From assembly GCF_964213995.1 (NCBI RefSeq), contig NC_135808.1, positions 21,576,001 to 21,610,200 on the forward strand: 34,200 nt of DNA. The letters run 5' to 3'. The notes below the pieces were generated by a model. That model saw nothing but the letters and a program-made list of their open reading frames with translations, was not told the origin of the DNA and made no database searches. Positions 11,652 to 22,827 of this stretch are shown here, piece by piece. The stretch's first letter is position 1. Each line of letters opens with the position of its first letter. Both the position numbers and the translations under genes were made by a program. Source of the stretch: Mustelus asterias (lineage: Eukaryota).

Positions 11652-12077
11652 CCATGCCAGCCGTAACCAAGAGACTGAGGTTGCTTTGAAAAATTCCATC
11701 AGGTAAAGCCTTGATGGTAACCTCATTGGTGACCCTGATCCTTGACTCTACCCTCGCTGAGTAAATCATAATCACAGGCAACAGCACATTCATAGGGGGC
11801 ATTGGGCAGCAGGGTACATGTATTCATGGGCCTTATGGTTTTTTCCTGCTCCTATTTCTCATGTTCTTATAGAGGCCAAAGTCTTGTGTAGACCGAGACC
11901 ATGTGGCAGGTTCCCTCCCCTGAAGGACATCAGTGAACCAGTTGAGTTTTACCTGGGTCTCCAATGCAATGAGCTAGCCTTATCCCCTTCTTGATTATTG
12001 ACTCACCCCTGCCAGATAAACAGCCAAGAAGCAATACTTGCCCACATTACAAAGTGACGAAGCAAGACTATCAGTTC

Positions 12078-12373
12078 AGAGAATCCGACAGTACAGAAGG
12101 AGGCCATTCAGCCCATCAAGTCTGCACCAACCACAATCCACCCAGGCCCTATCCCCATGCATTTACCCTCACTGGTCCCCCTAAGGGGCAATTTAGCATG
12201 GACAATCCACCTAACCTGCACATCTTTGAACTGTGGCAGGAAACCGGAGGAAACCCATGTAGATACAGGGAAAATGTGCAAACTCCACACAGACAGTGAC
12301 CCAAGCCGGGAATTGAACCCGGGTCCCTGGCGCTGTGAGGCAGCAGTGCTAACCACTGTGCCACCGTGCTGCC
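12078..12373 (-). mobile_element. HE1-type V-SINE
   Basis: Full head, core and tail. Confidence 0.9.
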
Positions 12374-13070
12374 TCAGTTGTTTTAACCTTAGTATTAGCA
12401 ATACAAGGAGAAGCACCTCCTTCTCAGTGTAACTGTGGTTGGGGAATACAAGTCGGATTTTCCAGAGACCCCAACATTTTGAAAATAAATGAAATACGTG
12501 GAACCAATCCCCGTGAATCTTGATCTCTCTCTGACAAACCTGTTAATCAGCAAACCTGCTCCCATCCATCTGCCATTGGGAATTGTAGGAATTTGGAATA
12601 ATGAAGACAAGTGATTGTTATTGGACAGAGTACCAGAATTTTTTATATTTAATGAGACTCAGAGAATCTCACAATGAACTAAAATAATATTTAAATCCTG
12701 TTAGAATCGAACAGTTAGATAAAATCCCAACATGGAAAAATGAAAGCTTCATTAAACTCAGCTAACGGTCTTAATTCTGATTCACTGAGGTTTAAGTTAA
12801 CTAATTTATACAATAAAGTCTTGAGAGGCAGAATCTGTTCTCCTGAGCATTTTATAAATTGCACTGAAATCTATAAACTACATTATCTCCTCATTGAATT
12901 CCTGTAATTATTTCATCCGGATCATTATCCCTGGGACAAGCTATTGAATGTTTAATGAAGGTGATCTATTCACTGTCTGTCCCAGAGCTGAATCAGCAGG
13001 TAGAAATCAAACTCCTTCCAATTAGGCAGAATTCCAGATCACTGGACTGGCTGATGGCGAATTACTGGAA

Positions 13071-13977
13071 TGAGGGGGTGCTGCGCTGTTACAGCATCAG
13101 TACAGAGGGAGTGCCGCAACAGTCAGAAGGTCAGTACTGAGGGAGTGCTGCACTGTCAGAGGGTCAGTACTGAGGGAGTGCTGCACTGTCAGAGGGTCAG
13201 TACTAAGAGTGCCGCACTGTCAGAGGGTCAGTACTGAGGGAGTGCTGCACTGTCAGAGGGTCAGTACTGAGGCGGTGCTGCAACAGTCAGAGGGTCAGTA
13301 CTGAGGGAGTGCTGCACTGTCAGAGGGTCAGTGCTGAGGGAGTGCTGCACTGTCAGAGGGTCAGTACTGAGGGAGTGCTGCACTGTCAGAGGGTCAGTAC
13401 TGAGGGAGTGCCGCACTGTCAGAGGGTCAGTGCTGAGGGAGTGCTGCACTGTCAGAGGGTCAGTACTGAGGGAGTGCTGCACTGTCAGAGGGTCAGTGCT
13501 GAGGGAGTGCTGCACTGTCAGAGGGTCAGTACTGAGGGAGTGCTGCACTGTCAGAGGGTCAGTACTGAGGGAGTGCCGCACTGTCAGAGGGTCAGTGCTG
13601 AGGGAGTGCAGCACTGTCAGAGGGTCAGTACTGAGGGAGTGCCGCACTGTCAGAGGGTCAGTACTGAGGGTGTGCTGCACTGTCAGAGGGTCAGTGCTGA
13701 GGGAGTGCTGCACTGTCAGAGGGTCAGTACTGAGGGTGTGCTGCACTGTCAGAGGGTCAGTACTGAGGGAGTGCTGCACTGTCAGAGGGTCAGTACTGAG
13801 GGAGTGCTGCACTCTCAGAGGGTCAGTACTGAGGGAGTGCTGCACTGTCAGAGGGTCAGTACTGAGGGAGTGCTGCAACAGTCAGAGGGTGAGCACTGAG
13901 AGTGCTGCACTGTCAGAGGGTCAGTGCTGAGGGAGTGCTGCACTGTCAGAGGGTCAATGCTGAGGGAGTGCTGCAGT
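13071..13977. repeat. 33-bp minisatellite, ~27 units (cagtactgagggagtgctgcactgtcagagggt)
   Basis: Direct tandem repetition; 11-aa periodic ORFs in several frames. Confidence 0.97.
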
Positions 13978-14036
13978 GAGGTAAGCTCAGTTCGGATGCA
14001 GTTCTATCTGTGTGAGGGATGGTACTGAGGGGGTGT

Positions 14037-16250
14037 CAAAGAACAAAGAACAAAGAACAATACAGCACAGGAACAGGCCCTTCGGCCCTCCAAGCCTGCG
14101 CCGCTCATGTGCCCACTAGACCATTCTTTTGTATCCCTCTATTCCCAGTCTGTTCATGTGGCTATCTAGCTAAGTCTTAAACGATCCCAGCATGTCCGCC
14201 TCAATCACCGTGCTTGGCAGTGCATTCCAGGCCCCACCACCCTCTGTGTAAAATACGTCCCCCTGACATCTGTGTTGAACCTTGTCCCCCTCACCTTGAA
14301 CCCGTGACCCCTTGTGTTCATCACCTCTGACCTGGGAAAAAGCTTCCCACTGTTCACTCTATCTATGCCCTTCATAATTTTATACACCTCTATTAGGTCG
14401 CCCCTCATCCTTCGTCTTTGCAGGGAGAACAACCCCAGTTTACTCAATCTCTCCTCATAGCTAAGACCCTCCATACCAGGCAACATCCTGGTAAACCTTC
14501 TCTGTACTCTCTCCAAAGCCTCCACGTCCTTCTGGTAGTGCGGCGACCAGAACTGGACGCAGTATTCCAAATGTGGCCTAACCATCGTTCTATACAGCTG
14601 CAACATCATATGCCAACTTTTATATTCTATGCCCCGTCCAATAAAGGCAAGCATGCCATATGCCTTCTTCACCTGTGCTGCCACCTTTAAGGGTCTGTGG
14701 AGTTGTACACCCAGGTCCCTCTGTGTGTCTATACTCCTGATGGTTCTGCCATTTATTTTATAGCTCCCCCTTTCATTAGATCTACCGAAATGCATCACTT
14801 CGCATTTATCTGGATTAAATTCCATCTGCCATTTCTCTGCCCAATGTTCCAGCCTATCTATATCCTGCTGTATTCTCTGACAATGTTCATCACTATCCGC
14901 AACTCCAGAAATCTTCGTGTTGTCCGCAAACTTACTGATCACACCAGTTACACCTTCCTCCAAATCATTTATATATATCACAAACAGCAGAGGTCCCAGT
15001 ACAGAGCCCTGCGGAACACCACTAGTCACAGACGTCCAACCGGAAAAAGACCCCTCCACTGCTACCCTCTGTCTTCTGTGGCTAAACACAGTAACAGTTT
15101 TAACAACACCAGGTTAAAGTCCAACAGGTTTATTTGGGTGCAAATCAAATAAACCTGTTGGACTTTAACCTGATGTTGTTAAAACTGTTACTGCGTTTAC
15201 CCCAACGCCGACAACTCCACATGATGACTTCTATGGCTAAGCCAGTTCTCCACCCATCGAGCTTGCTCACCTTTTATCCCGTGAGATTTAACCTTTTGCA
15301 CCAGCCTGCCATGAGGGACCTTGTCAAACGCTTTACTAAAATCCATCTCAATGACATCCACGGCCCTTCCCTCATCAATCGTTTTTGTCACCTCCTCAAA
15401 AAGCTCAACCAAATTTGTGAGGCATGACCTGCCTTGTACAAAACCATGCTGTCGATCGCGAATGAGATTATTCAGTTCTAAATGCACATATATCCTTTCT
15501 CTAAGAATCTTCTCCAACAACTTCCCTACCATGGACGTCAAGCTCACAGGCCTATAATTACCCGGGTTATCCTTGCTACCCTTCTTAAATAACGGGACCA
15601 CATTTGCTATCCTCCAATCCTCTGGGACCTCACCTGTGTCCAGTGAAGAGACAAAGATTTCTGTTAGAGGCCCAGCAATTGCATCTCTCGCCTCCCTGAG
15701 GAGTCTAGGACAGATGCCATCTGGCCCTGGGGATTTGTCTGTCTTAATGTTTCCTAAAAAACCTAACACTTCCTCCCTTGTAATTGAGATTTGTTCTAAC
15801 GGGTCAACACATCTCTCTGAGACAATACCAGTCAACATGTCCCTCTCCTTTGTGAATACTGATGCAAAGTATTCGTTTAGGATCTCACCTACTTCCTTTG
15901 GTTCTCAGCATAATTCCCCTCCTTCGTCCCTGAGAGGTCCGATTTTTTCCCGAACAACCCTCTTGTTCCTAACGTATGTATAAAATGCCTTAGGATTCTC
16001 CTTAATCCTGTCTGTCAAGGACATTTCATGACCCCTTTTTGCCCTTCTAACTCCCTGTTTGAGTTCTTTTCTACTTTCTCTGTATTCCTCCAGTGCTCCA
16101 TCTGTTTTTAGCTGCCTGGACCTCATGTGTGCCTCTTTTTTCTTTTTGATTAGACCCACAATTTCACTGGTTATCCACGGCTCTCGAATCCTACCTTTCC
16201 TGTCCTTCCTCTTTACAGGCACATGCCTGTCCTGCAGTCCTATCAACTGC
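14037..16250 (-). mobile_element. CR1 LINE, 5'-truncated and decayed, interrupted by a mini-Penelope insertion
   Basis: ORFs with KSPGPDGI, NYRPVSLTS, GRSCLTNL, DFSKAFDKV, GVPQGSVLGP, TRGH; (caaagaa)n tail at 14037-14060. Confidence 0.95.
15086..15227. mobile_element. Palindromic mini-Penelope (two inverted pLTR ends)
   Basis: Inverted arms of pLTR sequence; TSD cttct(g/a)tggctaa at 15073-15085 and 15228-15240. Confidence 0.88.
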
Positions 16251-16504
16251 TCCTTGGTGTCGCAGAGTCAGAGGGCCAGTTCTGGGAGCAACACATTGTT
16301 GAAGGAAGAACACTGAAGGAGTGAAATAGTTTTGAAGAGACAGTTGTGAGGAGTTGTTCCACTGTCAGATTTGAGATAGATAATCTTTCTATGACACATT
16401 GAAGTGCGACTCCACCTGCCCTTTCAGGTGGATTGAAAGGATCCCATGTCTCTGTTGGAATAGAAGCAGAGGGTTCACCTGATGTCCTGGCCAACATTTA
16501 TCCA

Positions 16505-18243
16505 TGATGTGGAGATGGTGGCGTTGGACTGGGGTAAACACAGTAAGAAGTTTCACAACACCAGGTTAAAGTCCAACAGATTTATTTGGTAGCACAAGCC
16601 ACAAGCTTTTGGAGCGCTGCTCCTTCGTCAGGTGAGTGGGAGTTCTGTTCACAAACAGGGCATATAAAGACACAAACTCAATTTACAAAGTAATGGTTGG
16701 AATGTGAGTCTTTATAGGTAATCAAGTCTTAAAGGTACAGACAATGTGAGTGGAGAGAGGGTTTAGCACAGGTTAAAGAGATGTGTATTGTCTCCAGCCA
16801 GGACAGTTCGTGAGATTTTGCAAGCCAATGAAAGTCGTGGGGGTTACAGATAGTGTGGCATGAACCCAAGATCCCAGTTGAGGCCGTCCTCATGTGTGCA
16901 GAACTTGGCTGTCAGTTTCTGCTCAGGTGACTCTGCGTTGTCGTGTGTCGTGAAGGCCGCCTTGGAGAACGCTTACCTGAAGAGCTGAAGTGTTCCCCAA
17001 CAGGAAGAGAACACTGTTGCCTGGTGATTGTCGAGTGGTGTTCATTCATCCGTTGTCATAGCGAATGCATGGTCTCCCCAATGTACCATGCTTCGGGATG
17101 TCCTTTCCTGCAGCGTATCAGTTCAACAATGTTGGCTGAGTTGCAAGTGTATGTACCGTGTACCTGGTGGATGGTGTTCTCACGTGAAATGATGGCATCC
17201 ATGTCGATGATCCAGCACGTCTTGCAGAGGTTGCTGTGGTAGGGTTGTGAGGTGCCGTGGTCACTGTTCTCCTGAAGGCTGGGTAGCTTGCTGCGGACAA
17301 TGGTCTGTTTGAGGTTGTGGGGTTGTTTGAAGGCAAGAAGTGGGAGTGTGGGGTTGGCCTTGGCAAGATGTTCGTCTTCATCGATGACATGTTGAATATC
17401 TCACCAAGGTCATCCCCACACTCCCACTTCTTGCCTTCAAACAACCCCACAACCTCAAGCAGATCATTGTCCGCAGCAAACTACCCAGCCTTCAGGAGAA
17501 CAGTGACCATGGCACCACACAACCCTGCCATAGCAACCTCTGCAAGACATGCCGGATCATCGACACGGATGCCATCATCTTACGTGAGAACACCATCCAC
17601 CAGGTACACGGTACATACACTTGCAACTCAGCCAATGTTGTCTACCTGATACGCTGCAGGAAAGGATGTCCCGAGGCATGGTACATTGGGGAGACCATGC
17701 ATTTGCTACGATAATGGATGAATGAACACCGCTCGACAATCACCAGGCAGGAGTGTCCTCTTCCTGTTGGGGAACACTTCAGCAGTCACGGGCATTCAAC
17801 CTCTGATCTTCAGGTAAGCGTTCTCCAAGGCGGCCTTCACGACACACAACGCAGAATCGTTGAGCAGAAACTGATAGCCAAGTTCCGCACACCTGAGGAC
17901 GGCCTCAACCGGGATCTTGGGTTCATGTCACACTATTTGTAACCCCCACGACTTGCCTGGGCTTGCAAAATCTCACTAACTGTCCTGGCTGGAGACAATA
18001 CGCACCTCTTTAACCTGTGCTTAACCCTCTCTCCACTCACATTGTCTGTACCTTTAAGACTTGATTAGTTGTAAAGACTCGCATTCCAACCATTATTTTG
18101 TAAATTGAGTTTGTATCTATATATGCCCTGTTTGTGAACACAACTCCCACTCACCTGAAGAAAGGGCAGCGCTCTGAAAGATTGTGGCTTGTGCTACCAA
18201 ATAAACCTGTTGGACTTTAACTTGATGTTGTGAGACTCCTTAC
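16505..18243. mobile_element. Penelope-like (Neptune-type) element as a 1.7-kb inverted repeat; each arm is GIY-YIG domain plus pLTR
   Basis: Right arm reads NVVYLIRCRKGCPEAWYIGET (17634-17696) with decay; left arm is its reverse complement; centre ~17385; approximate TSD caacattt(a/g)tcc. Confidence 0.93.
18152..18186 (+). ncRNA. Minimal type I hammerhead ribozyme motif in pLTR
   Basis: CAC-CUGAAGA-A-AGGGC agc GCUCU-GAAA-GA-UU-GUG; core intact, stem III palindrome mutated. Confidence 0.6.
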
Positions 18244-18371
18244 AACATTTGTCCTTCAGTTGACATCACTGGAGTCGATTTGATCACCATCACATTGCTG
18301 TTTGTGGGATCTTTCTGTTCAGACATCGACAGTTGTGTGTTATGCATTACCACAGTGACACAGCCACGCCA

Positions 18372-19035
18372 TAGGATCCCGACAGTGCAGAAGTAGGCCA
18401 TTTGGCCCATTGAGTCTGCACTGACTCTCTGACAGAGGACCTCACTCTGCATCCCACCCCCCCCCTTGCAGCACCTCCCCCCGTCCCCCCCCCCCCCCGC
18501 TCTCCCCCTGCCTCCCCCCCCATCCATCCACACAACATCACACATTTCCCATGGCTAATCCATCTAACCTACACATCTGTAGTGTCAGGGGGACTGGCTT
18601 GGGTAAATGCATGGGGTTATGGGGGATAGGGCCTGGTGTGATTGTGGTTGGTGCAGTCTCAATGGGCGGAATCTTACCAGCATGTCCGCCCGAGGTTCGT
18701 ACGATCCCGGAGAATGCCGTTCTCCGAGCGTCGTCCGCCCCCAGAATCAGGGCAGGCGTGCCAGTAAAATTTGGCCAATGGGCCGAATGGCCTCATTCTG
18801 CTCTGTCGGATTCTATGATTCTGTGATTCTATAAACATCTTGGGACACTGAGGGGCAATTTAGCACAGGCCAATCCACCTAACCTGCACATCTTCGGACT
18901 GTGGGAGGAAACCGGAGCACCCGGAGGAAACCCACGCAGACACGGGGAGAATGTGCAAACTCCACACAGACAGTGACCCGAGGCCGGAATTGAACCCAGG
19001 TCCCTGGTGCTGTGAGGCAGCAGTGCTGACCAGTG
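18372..19035 (-). mobile_element. HE1-type SINE containing a nested opposite-strand SINE tail (~18579-18834)
   Basis: Minus-strand tail 18372-18578 and head 18835-19035; acatct duplicated at both ends of the insert. Confidence 0.8.
18664..18776. mobile_element. MITE, same family as 8576-8701
   Basis: Imperfect TIRs gggcggaatcttacc / cagtaaaatttggcc; TSD aat; interrupts a SINE tail. Confidence 0.75.
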
Positions 19036-19614
19036 GGATCGAGTCAGTTATTCATAAATGGTTCACATAATTACCTTATATTTGAGAAGACTGTGCAATT
19101 TATTCCAGCTTGACGATAAACATGGAGTCCCCCCTTCTTGATAGAAATGTCTGTCAGATTCTGCAATCCGCCAGATTGGGAGTCACTCGCTGATGCTCAT
19201 TGATTTCTACATTCCTCCAAATCCAGGTGCGTTTTCCTCGTGTTAAAACAAAGATAAACCACATTCTCCGACATGTAATTCCCTCACACTCATTAACCCC
19301 AATTAAAATGGAAATCATTCGCTCCCGCCCCGGATTCAGTGTTGTCAATCACCGTCAGTCTAAAATGCTGATCAATACAGATTCTCCTTCATTGTCCGGG
19401 GCACATTCTCTCAAGCTGACCATGTGTGAGAGGCTTGATGCTGCTCTCAATAACATCTCACTCAATGGGCCCTTCCGGCAACTTGCTGCTGCTTTAAGAA
19501 GGAGAGCAGATCCTGGTTAAACACTGAAACCTCTTTCATTGCGGAGAGTTAGAGAGATTGTTTTCCTGGAAATGTTTCATTGAACAGCTTCACCTGAACA
19601 GGGGTTGGGTCAGT

Positions 19615-20590
19615 AGCAGCCGTAGCTCAGGCAGGAACACACCCGCCTCTGAGTCAGAAAGTCGTGGGTTCAAATCCCACTCAAGTGACTTGAGCACCAG
19701 ATCTAGGCTGACATTCCAGTGCTGAGGGAGTGCTGCACTGTTAGAGGGTCAGTACTGAGGGAATGGTGCACTGTTAGAGGGTCAGTGCTGAGGGAGTGCT
19801 GCACTGTCAGAGGGTCAGTACTGAGGGAGTGCTGCACCCTCGGAGGGTCAGTATGAGCGAGTGCCACACTGTCAGAGGGTCAGTACTGAGGGAGTGCTGC
19901 ACTGTCAGAGGGTCAGTACTGAGGGAATGCTGCACTGTCAGAGGGTCAGTGCTGAGGGAGTGCTGCACTGTCTGAGGGTCAGTACTGAGGGAGTGCTGCA
20001 CTGTCAGAGGGTCAGTACTGAGGGAGTGCCGCACTGTCAGAGGGTCAGTGCTGAGGGAGTGCTGCACTGTCAGAGGATCAGTACTGAGCGAGTGCCACAC
20101 TGTCAGAGGGTCAGTACTGAGGGAGTGCTGCACTGTCAGAGGGTCAGTACTGAGGGAATGCTGCACTGTCAGAGGGTCAGTGCTGAGGGAGTGCTGCACT
20201 GTCAGAGGGTCAGTACTGAGGGAGTGCCGCACTGTCAGAGGGTCAGTGCTGAGGGAGTGCTACACTGTCAGAGGATCAGTACTGAGAGAGTGCTGCACTG
20301 TCAGAGGGTCAGTGCTGAGGGAGTGCCGCACTGTCAGAGGGTCAGTGCTGAGGGAGTGCTGCACTGTCAGAGGGTCAGTGCTGAGGGAGTGCCGCACTGT
20401 CTGAGGGTCAGTGCTGAGGGAGTGCTGCACTCTAATCGTGTTTTACTTCAGTCTTTATTTTGAAACTATTTCTTGTCTGCTGTCTCAGATATAAACGATC
20501 CCATGGCAGTATTTCAACAAACAACCAAGGTTTTCTCCCTGATCTCCTGGTCCATATTTATCCCTCAACCAATCACATTTAAACAGATAA
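19615..20590 (+). mobile_element. SacSINE1-like DeuSINE hosting the second 33-bp array
   Basis: tRNA-like head (tagctcag...gggttcaaatcccactc) upstream of the array; gatcccatggca...cctggtccatatttatccctcaacc downstream. Confidence 0.7.
19717..20431. repeat. 33-bp minisatellite, ~21-22 units
   Basis: Same unit as 13071-13977. Confidence 0.97.
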
Positions 20591-20644
20591 AACAATCAGG
20601 AATCATGCGGTTTCATTATTTATGACTGCACTCTCTCACCTGCA

Positions 20645-22286
20645 CAGTAAGTAGTCTCACAACACCAACTTAAAGTCCAACAGGTTTATTTGGTCGCACC
20701 AGCTTTCGGAGCGCTTGCTGCTCCTTCATCAGGTGAGTGAGGCGTTGTGTTCACAAACAGGGCATATGCAGACACAAACTCAATTTACAAGATAATGGTT
20801 GGAATGCGAGTCTTAACAGGTAATCAAGTCTTAAAGTTACAGACAATGTGAGTGGAGAGAGGGTTAAGCACAGGTTAAAGAGATATGTATTGTCTCCAGC
20901 CAGGACAGTTAGTGAGATTTTGCAAACCCAGGCAAGCCGTGGGGGTTACAGATAGTGTGACATGAACCCAAGATCCCGGTTGAGGCCGTCCTCAGGTGTG
21001 CGGAACTTGGCTATCAGTTTCTTCTCAGTGATTCTGCGTTGTTGTGTGTTGTGAAGGCCGTCTTTAGAACGGTTACCCGAAGATCAGAGGCTGAGGCTCT
21101 TGACTGCTCAAGTGTTCCCCGACTGGAAGAGAACACTCCTGCCTGGTGATTGTCGAGTGGTGTTCATTCATCGGTTGTCGTAGCGTCTGCATAGTTTCCC
21201 CAATGTACCATGCCTCGGGACATCCTTTCCTGCAGCGTATCAGGCAGACAACGTTGGCTGAGCCACAGAGTATGTACCGTGTACCTGGTGGATGGTGTTC
21301 TCATGTGAGGTGATGGCATCGGTGTCAATGATCCAGCACGTCTTGCAGAGGTTGCTGTGGCAGGGTTGTGTGGTGTTGTAGTTACTGTTCTCCTGGAGGC
21401 TGGGTAGTTTGCTGCGGACAATGGTCTGTTTGAGGTTGTGCGGTTGTTTGAAGGCAAGAAGTGGGGATGGCCTTGGCGAGATGTTCGGCTTCATCGATGA
21501 CATGTTGAATGCTCCGGAGAAGATGTCGTAGCTTATCCACTCCGGGGAAGCACTGGACGACGAGAGGTTCTCTGTCCGCCGTGTCACCGTTTGTCTTCTG
21601 AGGAGGTCGGTGTGGTTTTTCACTGTGGCGCGTCGGAACTGTCGATCAATGAGTTGAGCGCCATATCCTGTTCTTATGAGGGCATCTTTCAGCGTCTGTA
21701 GGTGTCTGTTGCAATCCTCCTCATCCAAGAAGATCCTGTGTATACGGAGGGCTTGTCTGTAGGGGATGGCTTCTTTAACATGTTCAGGGTGGAAGCTGGA
21801 GAAGTGGAGCATCGTGAGGTTATCCGTGGGCTTGCGGTACAGTGAGGTGCTGAGGTGATTGTCCTTGATGGAGATGTGTGTGTCCAAGAATGCAGCCAAT
21901 TCTGGAGAGTAGCCCATGGTGAGTCTGATGGTGGAACTTGTTGATGTCACCATATAGTTGTTTCAGAGATTGTTCACCGTGAGTCCAAAGGAAGAAAATG
22001 TCATCGATGTATCTAGTGTATAGCATCGGTTGAAGGTCCTGTGCGGTGAAGGAGTCTTGTTCAAACCTGTGCATGAAGATGTTGGCATATTGAGGTCCAA
22101 ATTTGGTCCCCATGGCTGTTCCATGGATGAAGAACTGATTGTTGAAGGTGAAGACATTGTGGTCCACCTGATGAAGGAGCAGCGCTCCGAAAGCTCGGCA
22201 ACCAAATAAACCTGTTGGACTTTAACCTGGTGTTGTGAGACTACTTACTGTGCTTACCCCAGTCCAATGCCGGCATCTCCACATCA
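20645..22286 (-). mobile_element. Penelope-like (Neptune-type) element: truncated RT, GIY-YIG and pLTR, plus an inverted partial pLTR (22165-22286)
   Basis: HGTAMGTKFGPQYANIFM, RYIDDIF, FLDTHI, LYRKPTD, SSFHP, IPY.QALRIHRI; frameshifted; TSD tctcacc(t/a)gca at 20634-20644 and 22287-22297. Confidence 0.95.
22165..22199 (+). ncRNA. Minimal hammerhead ribozyme motif in the inverted pLTR
   Basis: CAC-CUGAUGA-A-GGAGC agc GCUCC-GAAA-GC-UC; 3' strand of stem I damaged. Confidence 0.65.
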
Positions 22287-22580
22287 TCTCACCAGCATGG
22301 CTGACACTAAACTGCCCTCTGAAATGACTGAATTAGCCCCTGCGACATCTTTACATTCTGTCTTAAACTGGAGCGTTGTTTTGCTGAATCAATTTGTAGA
22401 AATTAGACTGGAACATTTCAATGCTTTCTTGTGGGATCTTGCTGTGCACAGATCAGCTCCTAACTCTAGGGCCTGTCATGTAGTAGGAGCTCACCATCAG
22501 TCAGCTCCTGCTGAGAAATCGTAATGCCAAGATTATTTTAATCAGGTTATGTTAATCTAAATCCTGTGAAACAGGATTTA

Positions 22581-22827
22581 TGATGTGGAGATGCCGGCGT
22601 TGGACTGGGGTGAACACAGTAAGAAGTCTCACAACACCAGGTTAAAGTCCAACAGGTTTATTTGGTAGCAAAAGCCACTAGCTTTCGGAGTGCTGCTCCT
22701 TCATCAGGTGAGTGGGAGTTCTGTTCACAAACGGGGCATATAAAGACACAAACTCAATTTACAAAATAATTTGGTTGGAATGCGAGTCTTTACAGGTAAT
22801 CAAGTCTCAAAGGTACAGACAATGTGT
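22581..22827 (-). mobile_element. Solo Penelope pLTR 3' fragment
   Basis: Matches 16505-16748; TSD acaggattta at 22571-22580 and 22828-22837. Confidence 0.92.
22676..22710 (-). ncRNA. Minimal type I hammerhead ribozyme motif (best-preserved copy)
   Basis: CAC-CUGAUGA-A-GGAG cagca CUCC-GAAA-GC-UA|GUG; stem I CAC/GUG; palindromic AGCU in place of stem III. Confidence 0.75.

Larger units (their letters stand above)
16340..18360 (+). mobile_element. Old DeuSINE split by a Penelope insertion (parts 16340-16504 and 18243-18360)
   Basis: tgccctttcaggtgga...gatcccatg...gtcctggccaacatttatcc on the left; cacattgctgtttgtgggatctt on the right. Confidence 0.65.

Noticed and set aside
18452-18520. C-run tract (also the G-runs at 9732-9768) as functional G-quadruplexes
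   Set aside because: Low-complexity runs within or next to repeats with no supporting context; homopolymer lengths may be unreliable.
19620-19685. tRNA gene
   Set aside because: A/B-box-like motifs belong to a SINE head; no full cloverleaf. The same applies to the HE1 heads.
13071-20431. 33-bp arrays as CRISPR arrays or repeat-protein genes (HCQRVSTEGVL, ECCTVRGSVLR)
   Set aside because: No unique spacers, no cas genes, eukaryotic context; the ORFs arise because the unit length is a multiple of 3.
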